DNA of 64,000 bases from an uncultured delta proteobacterium. Its GTDB lineage: Bacteria > Myxococcota > Kuafuiibacteriia > Kuafuiibacteriales > Kuafuiibacteriaceae. Position 1 is the stretch's first letter. Each line of letters begins with the position of its first letter. Location: the NCBI GenBank assembly GCA_963803435.1, contig CAWDML010000005.1, positions 64,001-128,000 of the forward strand, read 5' to 3'. Below the pieces are notes generated by a model. It did no database searches. It had not been told where the DNA came from and saw only the letters and a program-made list of their open reading frames with translations. The translations under genes were made by a program, and so were the position numbers. Shown here one piece after another: positions 39,294 through 49,805 of this stretch.

Positions 39294-41006
39294 CTATTTG
39301 ACCACGAGGTCGAGGGCGACGTGCTCGTGGTCCTCGGATGCGCTCGCTTCCAAGGTGACCGCGTCGATCCGCTCGAGGACGGGCTTGAGCTGGAGCCGGA
39401 GCGCTTCGATCGCGAGGAGCTCGCGGCGGTGGTCGCGGCCGAAGGCGCCGGCCGCGAAGGCGGCGTCGATGGCCCGCGGATGTACGGCCGCGCGGAGGAA
39501 CGGTGCGCGCTCCGGCTCGGGACCGAGGCGGGTGATCGAGGCCAGCCGGCGGAGCGCCGCGGCTCCGCTGCCCACGCCGGTGCCGACGATCATCATCCCG
39601 TCGAGCACATGGATCTCGTAGGGGCTGCCGGCGGCCAGGCCGGCGATCGGCGGGCGGGCGTCGGAGATCCAGGGCGTCTTGCGCAGCGGTGTCACCGTGA
39701 AGCGTTCGCTGAGCAGATGCTGGACCCGGTCGGCGGCGGCCGCGGTGGCGAGGCCGACCGTCAACGCCGAGGGGACGAGGAAGGCCCAGTCGAGCTCGCG
39801 TGAGGAGCCGCGCTTGGCCGATGGGCACTCGGAATCCAGGCCGAGACCCAACAGGCCGATCGTGCCGGTGAGGACGTCCTTCGGCAGGTCGAAGCCGAAG
39901 CCCAGGGCTGCGCGTTGGACGAAGCCCGGATCGGCGTGGACCAGGACCGAGAAGAGCGCGGGCGTGTCAGCCCAGCGACCGATCAGGTCGGCGGTGGTCC
40001 GCTCGGGCAATGCCTCGGCGATCAGGCGGCGGCCGATTCCGGACGGGGTCAGCTGCACCTGCACCCCGGCGCGCTCGTCAGCGATCACGGCGGCGGCGCC
40101 GCCCTCGATCCAGCGCGACCACTTGAAGAGCCGGGCGGTGGTCTGCCGGATCTGCTCTTCGGCGGCCGCGCGGGCGCGGGCGTCGCCGAAGCGAGTCCGG
40201 CGGCGCTCGTGGGCCGCGTTGGTCCAGGCCGCATCGCGCGCGAGGGGTCCGGGGCTGAAGAACGCGTACGCCACGCCGTCGCGGGGGAGGCGCTGGTACG
40301 CGGAGAGGACGCCCGCCAGGCGCGAATAAGTGGGGCCACCGGCGCTGATGGCGCGCTCGAGGTGGGCGACCGGGTTGGTGCCGGCGCTGGCGCCGAGCTG
40401 GCAGATCGCCTGGGTGTGCCGCGGCAGGCAGGTGATCGGTCGCTCGCTGTCCAGCGCCAGCACGGAGGCGGACTCAGCGCCGATCGCGATCCGGCGGCGA
40501 TCGCGACCGCCGATACGGTCGAGCCAGGACTCGAACGCGCGGCGATCGGTGAGCCCGAAGCGGAACACCGAGACTCCGGCGCGGACGTCGGGGATGACGA
40601 CGAACGGCGCCGCGGCGTCGATGCCGGCCTCGCGGAGGCCGTCGGCCGTGAGGACCCGTCGCGGATCGACTGGCCGCATGCCTTCGATCGAGGGCAGCCG
40701 ATAACCGGAGCCCCAGATCGCCTCTGTGATCTGAGCACCGAGCGGTCGGCCGAAGGAAGGATCGACGGAGATCAGGACGTCGAGCACCCGGTCGGCCTGC
40801 TCGATCGCACGCGCGAGCTGCGGCGCGTAGAAGATCACGGCGGCGTCGGAGGAGACGTCGGCGACGGCCTCGGGGAGCCCGATGTGCTTGGCGGGGTGCT
40901 CGGTGACGGCGGTGAGCGTGGCGGGCTTCGCGGGCTGGGCGTGACCCTCGACCGACGAACCGAAGAGAACCGCAAGACAAGTTGCGGCCGTGAATCCGGG
41001 TCTCAG
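39294..41006 (-). CDS. Exported hypothetical protein (start probably CTG overlapping the upstream TGA)
   Basis: 3' 571 codons of ORF 39294-41558. Signal-peptide-like LRPGFTAATCLAVLFGSSVEGHA begins at the upstream gene's stop. Confidence 0.6.
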   Translation of the reverse strand: MRPGFTAATCLAVLFGSSVEGHAQPAKPATLTAVTEHPAKHIGLPEAVADVSSDAAVIFYAPQLARAIEQADRVLDVLISVDPSFGRPLGAQITEAIWGSGYRLPSIEGMRPVDPRRVLTADGLREAGIDAAAPFVVIPDVRAGVSVFRFGLTDRRAFESWLDRIGGRDRRRIAIGAESASVLALDSERPITCLPRHTQAICQLGASAGTNPVAHLERAISAGGPTYSRLAGVLSAYQRLPRDGVAYAFFSPGPLARDAAWTNAAHERRRTRFGDARARAAAEEQIRQTTARLFKWSRWIEGGAAAVIADERAGVQVQLTPSGIGRRLIAEALPERTTADLIGRWADTPALFSVLVHADPGFVQRAALGFGFDLPKDVLTGTIGLLGLGLDSECPSAKRGSSRELDWAFLVPSALTVGLATAAAADRVQHLLSERFTVTPLRKTPWISDARPPIAGLAAGSPYEIHVLDGMMIVGTGVGSGAAALRRLASITRLGPEPERAPFLRAAVHPRAIDAAFAAGAFGRDHRRELLAIEALRLQLKPVLERIDAVTLEASASEDHEHVALDLVVK

Positions 41007-41293
41007 GAGGCTGTCGAAGGCGCAGCGGTCACCCGCTGGCCCTTCTTCCTTCGCAACGCGCGCTGCGCGTACGCCATTCCGACGAGCAATGAGGCAAAGA
41101 GCGGCGACATCGCGATCAGCACGACGATCAGCTTGTACTGGAACAATCCGGAGACCAGCTTGCTGAAGACGACGTCGAGGATGTCGCCATACATGAGACC
41201 GGCGAACAGGCCCGCCGCCACGACCATCGCGATCAGGTTCATCGTCACGAACCAGAAGATCCGCTGCTTTCGATACGGGTCCGCCGATGACAT
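41003..41293 (-). CDS. Small two-TM membrane protein
   Basis: MSSADPYRKQRIFWF...; two hydrophobic helices and a basic tail. Confidence 0.65.
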   Translation of the reverse strand: MSSADPYRKQRIFWFVTMNLIAMVVAAGLFAGLMYGDILDVVFSKLVSGLFQYKLIVVLIAMSPLFASLLVGMAYAQRALRRKKGQRVTAAPSTAS

Positions 41294-41514
41294 CGCCGCC
41301 CACGCTAGGAACCGCACGCCGGCTTGTCGACGGAAAAGCGTGTGTTGTTTTCTCCACGACCGTCGCGCGCTCCGCACTCGAATCTGTGCCTGCCCGGCAC
41401 AGCGCTCCGCATCGTCCTGCGGTCCGATCCCCCAACCCCCCAAAGGCTAAGGCCATTCCGTCCTGCGAAGTACCCCACGTCGATTTGGTACGTCTCGTGC
41501 GAGGGGTCTCCGCA

Positions 41515-42123
41515 ATGCAGCCCCTGCGCCTCGTCGTTTTGGCCGCTTTCCTCTCCACCGGCCTGTTCGCCGCCTCCGCCCATGCGGAGGGAACCTACTT
41601 CCTGGTCGAGCTGAACACCGGCGTGGGCGAGTCGGCGTATTCGACGGGGAGCGTCGGCCTGAACTACGGCCTCAGCCTCGGGACCTCGTTCAAGCTCAAG
41701 GCTCTCCCGCTCCGCTGGTACGTGCTCGCGTCGCTGGTGGGTCGGAACGCGAGCACCAGCGGCACGCATGGGGGCGTCCCGTATGTGGCCGAGCGCGTCG
41801 ACCTGGATCTGTATGGCGCCCTTCGGACCGTACTCCCCATCTGGCGCATGCTGCGGATCTACGCCGAGGTCGGGGCGGGCAATCGCTTTCTCTTCAACAC
41901 GATCCGGCGGGGCGACGACCTCGGCACCATCGACGGCCGCGACCATGCCCTCCTCTTCGTCCTCGCGCTCGGATTGCAAGCTCGATTGACAGAGACGTTC
42001 TCCGTCGGCCTCCGCGGCGAGATGACACCGATCGGGAGGGCCGATCTCGCGTCGCACGTCGCGGATGTCACCCCGACCGAGAACCGCCTCTCGGCCTTCG
42101 CGCAGCTGGGGATCCACTTCTAG
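41515..42123 (+). CDS. Outer-membrane beta-barrel protein
   Basis: Signal peptide ending AHA, about 8 amphipathic strands, terminal AQLGIHF beta-signal. Confidence 0.75.
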   Translation: MQPLRLVVLAAFLSTGLFAASAHAEGTYFLVELNTGVGESAYSTGSVGLNYGLSLGTSFKLKALPLRWYVLASLVGRNASTSGTHGGVPYVAERVDLDLYGALRTVLPIWRMLRIYAEVGAGNRFLFNTIRRGDDLGTIDGRDHALLFVLALGLQARLTETFSVGLRGEMTPIGRADLASHVADVTPTENRLSAFAQLGIHF

Positions 42124-43106
42124 TGCGCGCCGCGATCCCCGCGCTCCTTCTTCCTCTCGCGTTCGCGTGCGGTGGTGCTGAGGACGCTCGCGTCGAGCTC
42201 GACCTCCGCACCCAGCCGTGCACCGGTGGAGCGTGCACCGTCCACCTCAGCGGCGACGGGCTCATCTACACGGCGGGCAGCGAGAACGCGCAGGGCTACG
42301 CCGGCGAGGACACGCTCTACGCCGAGGTGTACACGTCGTCGGGCGCGCTCGCCCTGATCGAGATCGGCGTCAGCGATCTCGGGGTGCGGACGGTCCGCTA
42401 TCGTGAGATCGTCGACGGCGACGTGGTGCTGGCCGGCCGCGTCGAGAACGCGGCGGTCAAGGTCCTGGAGAACGGCTGGACCTTCGCCTTCGAGGCCTAC
42501 GATTCGCGCGGGCCGAGCGACGCTCCACCGGTGCGCGTCATCAGCAACGGCAGGGTGGTCCCGGGAGAGCGGACCCGCGTGCGCGGCGGTCCCGTGGGGA
42601 CCGCTCCAGGTTTCGAGGGGCCGAGCGGTGCGGCCGACGCGGGCGTCCGGCCGGCCAATCCGCCGCCGACCCCGGACGCGGGGACCGACGCCGGAACCCG
42701 GCCGCCTCCTCCTCCGCCTCCCCCGCCTCCTCCTCCTCCGCCTCCTCCGCCTCCTCCGGCGCCGGTCGTGGTGGTCGATTCGGGCGGGTGCGACGCGCCG
42801 GACGACTACGGCTCGGGTTGCGACGGCTGCGACACCGGCAGCAGCGGCGGCTGTGAGGGCGACTCGTCCGGCGGCGGTTGCGACAGCAGCAGCTCCAGCG
42901 GTTGCGAGGGCGATACCGCCGCCTCCGCGGGTAACTGCGACAGCTGCGAAGGCGACGTGGCCTTCGCGGAGCCCCCCGAGGTCCGCAATCGGCGGGCGAT
43001 GCTGGGGCTGTTGCGACTGTCCTGGCCGGTGTGGCTCGCCGGTTGGTTCAACCGACGAAGAAGGAAGCGGATCGCGCGCGTTCTCAGATCGTCCGCTCTC
43101 GACTGA
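42123..43106 (+). CDS. Lipoprotein with poly-Pro linker, Gly/Ser-Cys repeats and TM-Arg tail (GC_trans_RRR / MYXO-CTERM-like)
   Basis: Lipobox AFAC, poly-Pro run, repeated GC(D/E), hydrophobic stretch, then NRRRRKR. Confidence 0.7.
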   Translation: MRAAIPALLLPLAFACGGAEDARVELDLRTQPCTGGACTVHLSGDGLIYTAGSENAQGYAGEDTLYAEVYTSSGALALIEIGVSDLGVRTVRYREIVDGDVVLAGRVENAAVKVLENGWTFAFEAYDSRGPSDAPPVRVISNGRVVPGERTRVRGGPVGTAPGFEGPSGAADAGVRPANPPPTPDAGTDAGTRPPPPPPPPPPPPPPPPPPPAPVVVVDSGGCDAPDDYGSGCDGCDTGSSGGCEGDSSGGGCDSSSSSGCEGDTAASAGNCDSCEGDVAFAEPPEVRNRRAMLGLLRLSWPVWLAGWFNRRRRKRIARVLRSSALD

Positions 43107-44814
43107 ACATGTCACCTGCAGCGGGCGTCTCGGTCCGCGACGATGCGACCACCACCACCGTGCCCGTCAGATGGTCGTGAAACGTCCGCGCGCGGCGATC
43201 GAGGATCAGCCACAGGTAGCCGGCGCCCCCCAAGAGGACGCTGAACAGCGAGAGCACGGCCCGCACGATGGCGCGCGGCATCCCAGTCCGGGCGCCGGTC
43301 TTCTTGCGGACCAGCTCGAGCCCGCAGACGAGCTTCCCGAGCGAGCGTCCGGCCAGCCCGTGGCTCAGCGCCGACGAGATCAACATCAGCCCGAACAACA
43401 GGACCAGCGGCAACGTCAAGTTGCCTTGCACCAGCATGACGCCGACGTCGTCGGGGTCGAGCCAATCGGCCGAAGCCAGGCGGTCACCGAACACGCCCAG
43501 GAGGAGCGGCACCGCGACCAGGGCGAGCAGCACGACCGAATCGATCACCAGCGCCAGCAGCCGACGCTTGCCGGACGCCAGGCGCAGCTGGATCCGCGTC
43601 TCCCCGACCTCGACCCTCGGCGCCGTCACCTCCGGCGTGCTGGGCACCGGGATGAGATTGGAGATCCCGGAGATGCCGGCGGGGTGGGAGAGCGGATTGT
43701 CAATCAGCGCGTGCGTCTGCTCGAGTCGAATCAATCGCTCCCGCAGCTCCTCCGGGTTCGTGGTCTCGTTGCTCTGGCGCATCTCGAGGCGCCGCGCATC
43801 GCGCGGATCGCGCTCGCTCGGCTCGTCGAAGAGCACGTCGAGCAGGGAGGGCTCCGGGCGGGGAAGGGTGCGTCCGGTCGGCTTGCCCCCGCCCGTCGTC
43901 GGCCGGCGGGTCGCCGCCGGGGACATCAGATCGTCGACCAGCTCGGGCCGGGCCGGCGGGCCGTCCCTTCGACCGCGGGCGAGCCCGGCCAGCTCGCCGG
44001 GGGCTGCGATCGTCTCACCGCCGACCAGCGGGCCGTGGCGCGTCTCTTCGTTCACCGGGCGCGCCGGGTACTTCGCCCCGGTCACCGGCTTGTTCTCGAG
44101 GAGATCGTGGTTGCGGCGGCGCTCGAGGGGCGGCGGTCCGGGCGGTGCTCGCTTGAGCGGGGGCGCGACGGGCTTGGTCTGTCCGGACGGCCAGGGCTCC
44201 GAGCCGAAGGCCGGCAGCTCCTGCGGAGCCACGCTCGGCTTCGGCGCCGCGGTGCGCGGCCGGCGCGGCAAGAGCGGGGATGGATCCGGCGGGATCTGGA
44301 CCACGCCTTCGTCGGTGTCGGCGTCGAGGGAGGTGTTGGGCGTGAGCGCAGGCTGGGTTGCACGAGGGAGGCGGCGGGCCGGAGCAGGCGGCGGAGGTGC
44401 GCGGCGCCGCTCGAGGCCCGGCACCGAGGTGGGCGCGGTCCCCTTGCTGCGGGTGCCGGCCGCCTCGACGATCTCCTCCCACGGTTCATCTGCCAGCGGC
44501 GCGATCTCGGTGTTGGCGCGATCGGAGGGGACGCGCTTGGTGAAGCCGACGTCGGCGATGGGCGGCGGCTCGCTCCGCCTTCGCGGCGTTGGCTCGGTGC
44601 TCGACGAGCTCTTGACCGTCTCATCGTCGAGGAGGTCCACCTCGAACAGCGCGCGCCGCGGCAGCGGTCCCACGCCGGTGGGCTTGGGCCGCGGTCGGCG
44701 CTCGCGCGACGACTCGGGCAGAGTCTCTTCGAGTCGCTCGGACAGCGTGCTCCCGCACCGTACGCACTGGACGGCGTGAGCACGGTTCGGCGTTCCGCAC
44801 CGAGGGCAAAGCAA
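43084..44814 (-). CDS. RDD-family membrane protein with N-terminal zinc ribbon and long disordered linker
   Basis: CPRCG...CVRCG; RRLLALVID, GRSLGKLVCGL, RTFHDHLTGTVVV. Confidence 0.85.
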   Translation of the reverse strand: MLCPRCGTPNRAHAVQCVRCGSTLSERLEETLPESSRERRPRPKPTGVGPLPRRALFEVDLLDDETVKSSSSTEPTPRRRSEPPPIADVGFTKRVPSDRANTEIAPLADEPWEEIVEAAGTRSKGTAPTSVPGLERRRAPPPPAPARRLPRATQPALTPNTSLDADTDEGVVQIPPDPSPLLPRRPRTAAPKPSVAPQELPAFGSEPWPSGQTKPVAPPLKRAPPGPPPLERRRNHDLLENKPVTGAKYPARPVNEETRHGPLVGGETIAAPGELAGLARGRRDGPPARPELVDDLMSPAATRRPTTGGGKPTGRTLPRPEPSLLDVLFDEPSERDPRDARRLEMRQSNETTNPEELRERLIRLEQTHALIDNPLSHPAGISGISNLIPVPSTPEVTAPRVEVGETRIQLRLASGKRRLLALVIDSVVLLALVAVPLLLGVFGDRLASADWLDPDDVGVMLVQGNLTLPLVLLFGLMLISSALSHGLAGRSLGKLVCGLELVRKKTGARTGMPRAIVRAVLSLFSVLLGGAGYLWLILDRRARTFHDHLTGTVVVVASSRTETPAAGDMFSRERTI

Positions 44815-44826
44815 AGCCAGGGAATC

Positions 44827-45545
44827 CTACGAAAGAAGGTCGAGCGCGTCGACCGGCCCGGCCACCCCGAGGATCTCCCTCCAGAATGCGGGCGTTGCGG
44901 CGAGGAGGGCCAAGGATTCACCCGTCCCCGGGTGCGGTCCGGCCAGCTGCTGGGCGTGGAGCATGAGGTGCTTCGGCCGGGCGCCTCCGGCCTCGCGAAC
45001 GGCCCGGCTCCAGCGCTTGTTGGCGGCGAAGTCGCCGTGCTTGTCGTCCATCAGAACGGGATGTCCGACGAGCGCGAGGTGCCGGCGGATTCTGGTGCAT
45101 TCGTCCGGTCTCGATGGTGGCGGCGAGCAGCGTGCCCTTAGGTTCGAGCCGGCCGAGCGCGGCGAGCGCCCGGATCACCGTGCGCGCGCTCTGGGGTTTG
45201 CCGTCATCGTCGGCCAGGGGTCGATCGATCGTCCGCTCGCCCTCGACCCGTCCGAGGGCCACGGCAAGGTAGCGCTTCGTGTACCGATCCCACACCGCGC
45301 TCGCGCGCTTCGCCATCTCCGACGACTTCGCCACCAGCAGCACGCCGCTGGTCGCCTTGTCGATCCGATGCACGAGGAACAGCTTGCGCCGCGCCGGATA
45401 GGCGGCCTCGAGCAGCTCGAGGGCGGTGCGACCGCCGCCGGCGCCGCCGTGGACGGACATCCCGGGCGGCTTCGAGACCGCCAGCAGGAGGTCGTCCTCG
45501 AACAGAATCTGGAGGCTCTTGAGCTGGGCCGGATCGGCGCGGTCG

Positions 45546-45556
<11 letters not shown>
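44827..45556 (-). CDS. RluA-family pseudouridine synthase; apparent frameshift at ~45090
   Basis: KPPGMSVH, VHRIDKATSG, TGRMHQ. Removing one base restores QIRRHL followed by D.KHG and LMLHA. Confidence 0.88.
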
Positions 45557-46958
<1,402 letters not shown>

Positions 46959-46992
46959 GGAACCTAAGCCTCAAACGGTCATAGCATCTGAC

Positions 46993-47295
46993 CTAAGTGT
47001 GGGCAATGGTGGAGCGTTTGCGGCGCCGTGTCTCCGCCGCCTCCGCGAGCACGTTCACTCGGGTGGTAATGTCGGTCATTTCCCTCTCCAGGGTTCGGAT
47101 GTGGTCATAGAGTCGTTCCACCTCCTGCTGAGAGGGGAGGTTGGTGGCCGCGAGGATGCGACCGACGTTGCGCTCGAGCGCGCGTCGCGCATCGAGGCTC
47201 TTCAGCAGCGCGCGCTGCACGCCGCCGAACACGCGCTGATTGCCGAGCAACCGCGACGCCGCATGGACCACCCGATCCCGCGCCTCTCGCAGCAT
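46993..47295 (-). CDS. Small coiled-coil protein, phasin/granule-associated-like
   Basis: NLPSQQEVERL followed by a coiled coil, resembling PhaI/PhaE-type C-terminal motifs. Confidence 0.5.
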   Translation of the reverse strand: MLREARDRVVHAASRLLGNQRVFGGVQRALLKSLDARRALERNVGRILAATNLPSQQEVERLYDHIRTLEREMTDITTRVNVLAEAAETRRRKRSTIAHT

Positions 47296-47363
47296 CGGAC
47301 CACCCTAACACATGGTGATGGACCTCGATGCTTCGGCATGCGATTTCTCGGCGGTCCGTGGGC

Positions 47364-48260
47364 GTGCCGGAGATCTGGGATCGGGAGCTGGTGCTGGTCA
47401 CCGGAAAGGGCGGCGTCGGAAAGACCACCATCGCGGCGGCGCTGGCGCGAAAAGCTCACCACGCGGGCCGTCGCGTCGTGATCGGCGACGTCTCCTCGGA
47501 CGCGACCACCCGGTCCCAGCTCCTGGAGCTGTTCGGCCACGGCCACCTGAAGTCGGACGACCCGGTGGAGATGTCGCCCGGGCTGTACGGAATCCGTATC
47601 ATGCCCTCCACCGGGCACAAGCTCTTCCTACGCGCCGCGCTCAAGGTGCGGATGTTCGTCGATGCTGCGATGCGTTCGGCGGCCCTCAACCGCTTCCTGA
47701 TGGCGGCTCCGACGTTTCCCGAGATCGGGACGCTCTACCACTTGGTCCACATCCTCAGGATGAAACGGTTCGACCACGTCATCCTGGATCTCCCTGCGAC
47801 CGGCCATGCGCTGGGGCTGGCGTCGCTCCCGAAGACCGTGCTCAAGATTCTGCCGACGGGGCTGATCGGTGACGCGATCCGGGACGGCCTGGCGGTGATG
47901 ACCGATCCCGCCCGGGGCGCGGCGGTCATCGTGACGCTCCCCGAGCACATGCCCGTGACCGAGGCGCTCGAGCTGGGGGACGGGCTCCAGAAGCTCTCCA
48001 TCGCGATCCGGTCCACGATCCTGAACAAGATGCCGGCCAATCCGTTCTCCGAGGAGGAGCGCCGGGCCCTGGATGCCCACATCCGCGGCCGCGCCGGCAG
48101 CCTCCTCCTCGGCACGCGGGAGCTCCGGAAGCTGGAGCGGGCGATCCAGGCGCAAAAGATGTATCGGGCCATGGTGCCGCCGGAGCAGCAGCTCGAGGTG
48201 CCGTTGTTGAGCGCACCCGACGCGTCCGGGATCCTCGCGAAGGTGGAGCAGGCGCTGTGA
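47364..48260 (+). CDS. ArsA/Get3-like ATPase, subunit 1
   Basis: TGKGGVGKTT, DLPATGH, VTLPEHMPVTE. Confidence 0.85.
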   Translation: MPEIWDRELVLVTGKGGVGKTTIAAALARKAHHAGRRVVIGDVSSDATTRSQLLELFGHGHLKSDDPVEMSPGLYGIRIMPSTGHKLFLRAALKVRMFVDAAMRSAALNRFLMAAPTFPEIGTLYHLVHILRMKRFDHVILDLPATGHALGLASLPKTVLKILPTGLIGDAIRDGLAVMTDPARGAAVIVTLPEHMPVTEALELGDGLQKLSIAIRSTILNKMPANPFSEEERRALDAHIRGRAGSLLLGTRELRKLERAIQAQKMYRAMVPPEQQLEVPLLSAPDASGILAKVEQAL

Positions 48261-49360
48261 AGCTCGGCCGGCTGGTGAGGGAGAAGAGCGTGATCGTGGT
48301 GTGCGGCGCCGGCGGCGTCGGCAAGACCACCACCTCTGCGGCCATGGCTCTGGCGGCCGCGCGCGACGGCCGGCGCGCGCTGGTGCTCACGATCGATCCC
48401 GCAAGGCGACTTGCGCAAGCGCTCGGCATCCCGCCCACCGGCAAGGAGCCGATCCAGATCGGGCGCCACCTGCTCGAGCGGCACGGAATCGAGCTTCCGG
48501 CGAAGGGCGAGCTCCACGCCTGGATGCTCGATCCGCGGGTGGTGCTCGAGGGGGTCGTCGATCGCTTCGCGCCCAAGCCGGAGGACGCCAAGCGGATCCG
48601 CGAGACGCGCCTCTACAGCGCGCTGACCGAGGTGATCGTGGGCCTGCAGGAGTACACGGCGGCCGAGGCCCTCTACACGTTTCGCGAGGAGGGCCGCTTC
48701 GACGTCATCATTCTCGACACCCCGCCCTCCCGCAACGCGCTCGACTTCCTCGACGCGCCTCGCCGCCTCGCCCGGTTCCTCGACGAGCGAACGCTCTCGA
48801 TCTTCGCGCCGGAGGACAAGAAGCTGAACCCGGTTCTCAGGGCTGCCTCCCGGATCGTGTTCTCCGCCATCAGCAAGGCGTTCGGCGAGCCCTTCGCGCA
48901 CGAGCTCCAGAACTTCCTGGGAGCCTTCGGCAAGCTGTTCCACAAGATGCGCATTCACGCCGGCGGTGTTCGCAAGCTCCTCCAGTCGGACAGCTCCGCG
49001 TTCGTGGTGGTCACATCGCCGGAGGACGCGGCGCTGTCGGAGGCGATCTACTTCAAGGGTCGTATCAAGGATCTCGGGCTGGTCACCGAGGGCTTCGTCC
49101 TCAACCGCAGCTACGGGAGCGACCAGCCGTTCGAGCATCCGCAGGGGATGAGCGGCATCTCCGGGCTCGAGAAGCTGATCCCGATGGCCGACCTCGAGGC
49201 GGAGCGCGTCAAGGCCGATCACGCGCTCCTGGCGACGCTCGAGAAGGAAGGCAAGAAGAGCGGCGGGCACGGTGCGATGGCGTTGCCGTATCTCGACGAG
49301 GCGGTCGAGGATTTGCCGGCGCTCAACGTGCTCTCGAACTCCATCATGGCCTCGACCTGA
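48257..49360 (+). CDS. ArsA/Get3-like ATPase, subunit 2
   Basis: CGAGGVGKTT, LTIDPARRLAQALG, DTPPSRNALDFLDAP; GTGA overlap with subunit 1. Confidence 0.88.
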   Translation: MKLGRLVREKSVIVVCGAGGVGKTTTSAAMALAAARDGRRALVLTIDPARRLAQALGIPPTGKEPIQIGRHLLERHGIELPAKGELHAWMLDPRVVLEGVVDRFAPKPEDAKRIRETRLYSALTEVIVGLQEYTAAEALYTFREEGRFDVIILDTPPSRNALDFLDAPRRLARFLDERTLSIFAPEDKKLNPVLRAASRIVFSAISKAFGEPFAHELQNFLGAFGKLFHKMRIHAGGVRKLLQSDSSAFVVVTSPEDAALSEAIYFKGRIKDLGLVTEGFVLNRSYGSDQPFEHPQGMSGISGLEKLIPMADLEAERVKADHALLATLEKEGKKSGGHGAMALPYLDEAVEDLPALNVLSNSIMAST

Positions 49361-49368
49361 GGCTCGCC

Positions 49369-49713
49369 TCAGACCAGGCTCACCGGCCCGTGGTCGTCGC
49401 AGTGCCCGTCGTGCGGGTGGTGCAGGTGGTCCTCTACCAGATAGTCGATGTGTCCCGCGTGTGGGATCGCCTCATGGCCGCAGCCCGGGCCGTGCGTGTG
49501 CTCTTCGTCGTGGGACGCACACTCGTGCTGCGGCGTGCAGCGGTCTGGGTTCTCCTTGGTGGCGCGCAGCTCGCAGCAGTCCGTGTGCCCAGCGTGCTCG
49601 TGGTGCAGGTGTCCCTCGTGCAGATAGTCGACGTGCCCCTCGTGGGCGATCCCGACGTGGCCGCAGCTCGGACCGTGCCGGTGGGCGTGGTTCTCGTGGA
49701 TGGGATGCTCCAT
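49369..49713 (-). CDS. His/Cys-rich putative metal-binding protein with internal duplication
   Basis: Two copies of HxHGPxCGHxxIxHxGHxDYLxxxHLHHxHxGHxD; 27 His and 7 Cys in 114 aa by manual count. Confidence 0.8.
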   Translation of the reverse strand: MEHPIHENHAHRHGPSCGHVGIAHEGHVDYLHEGHLHHEHAGHTDCCELRATKENPDRCTPQHECASHDEEHTHGPGCGHEAIPHAGHIDYLVEDHLHHPHDGHCDDHGPVSLV

Positions 49714-49805
49714 GCCTCTAGCGTCGGAGCCGAGGTCGGGAGGGTCAACGCGGCGAATCGCGACGCTGGACGTGGGGCCCCCGGTCGCGCACAGATCGCG
49801 GCGTC

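Noticed and set aside
42702-42758. (CCT/CCG)n microsatellite as a contingency locus
   Set aside because: In-frame mixed-codon poly-Pro linker; length changes would not switch the frame.
42403-45141. Long alternative-frame ORFs (e.g. 42403-45141, 36073-38376, 59823-62099, 20794-22758, 24663-26678)
   Set aside because: Shadow ORFs antisense to well-supported genes, with Arg/Ala/Gly-rich composition expected in high-GC DNA.
47364-49360. Arsenic resistance operon
   Set aside because: Two single-domain ATPases with no arsB/acr3, arsC, arsD or arsR nearby.
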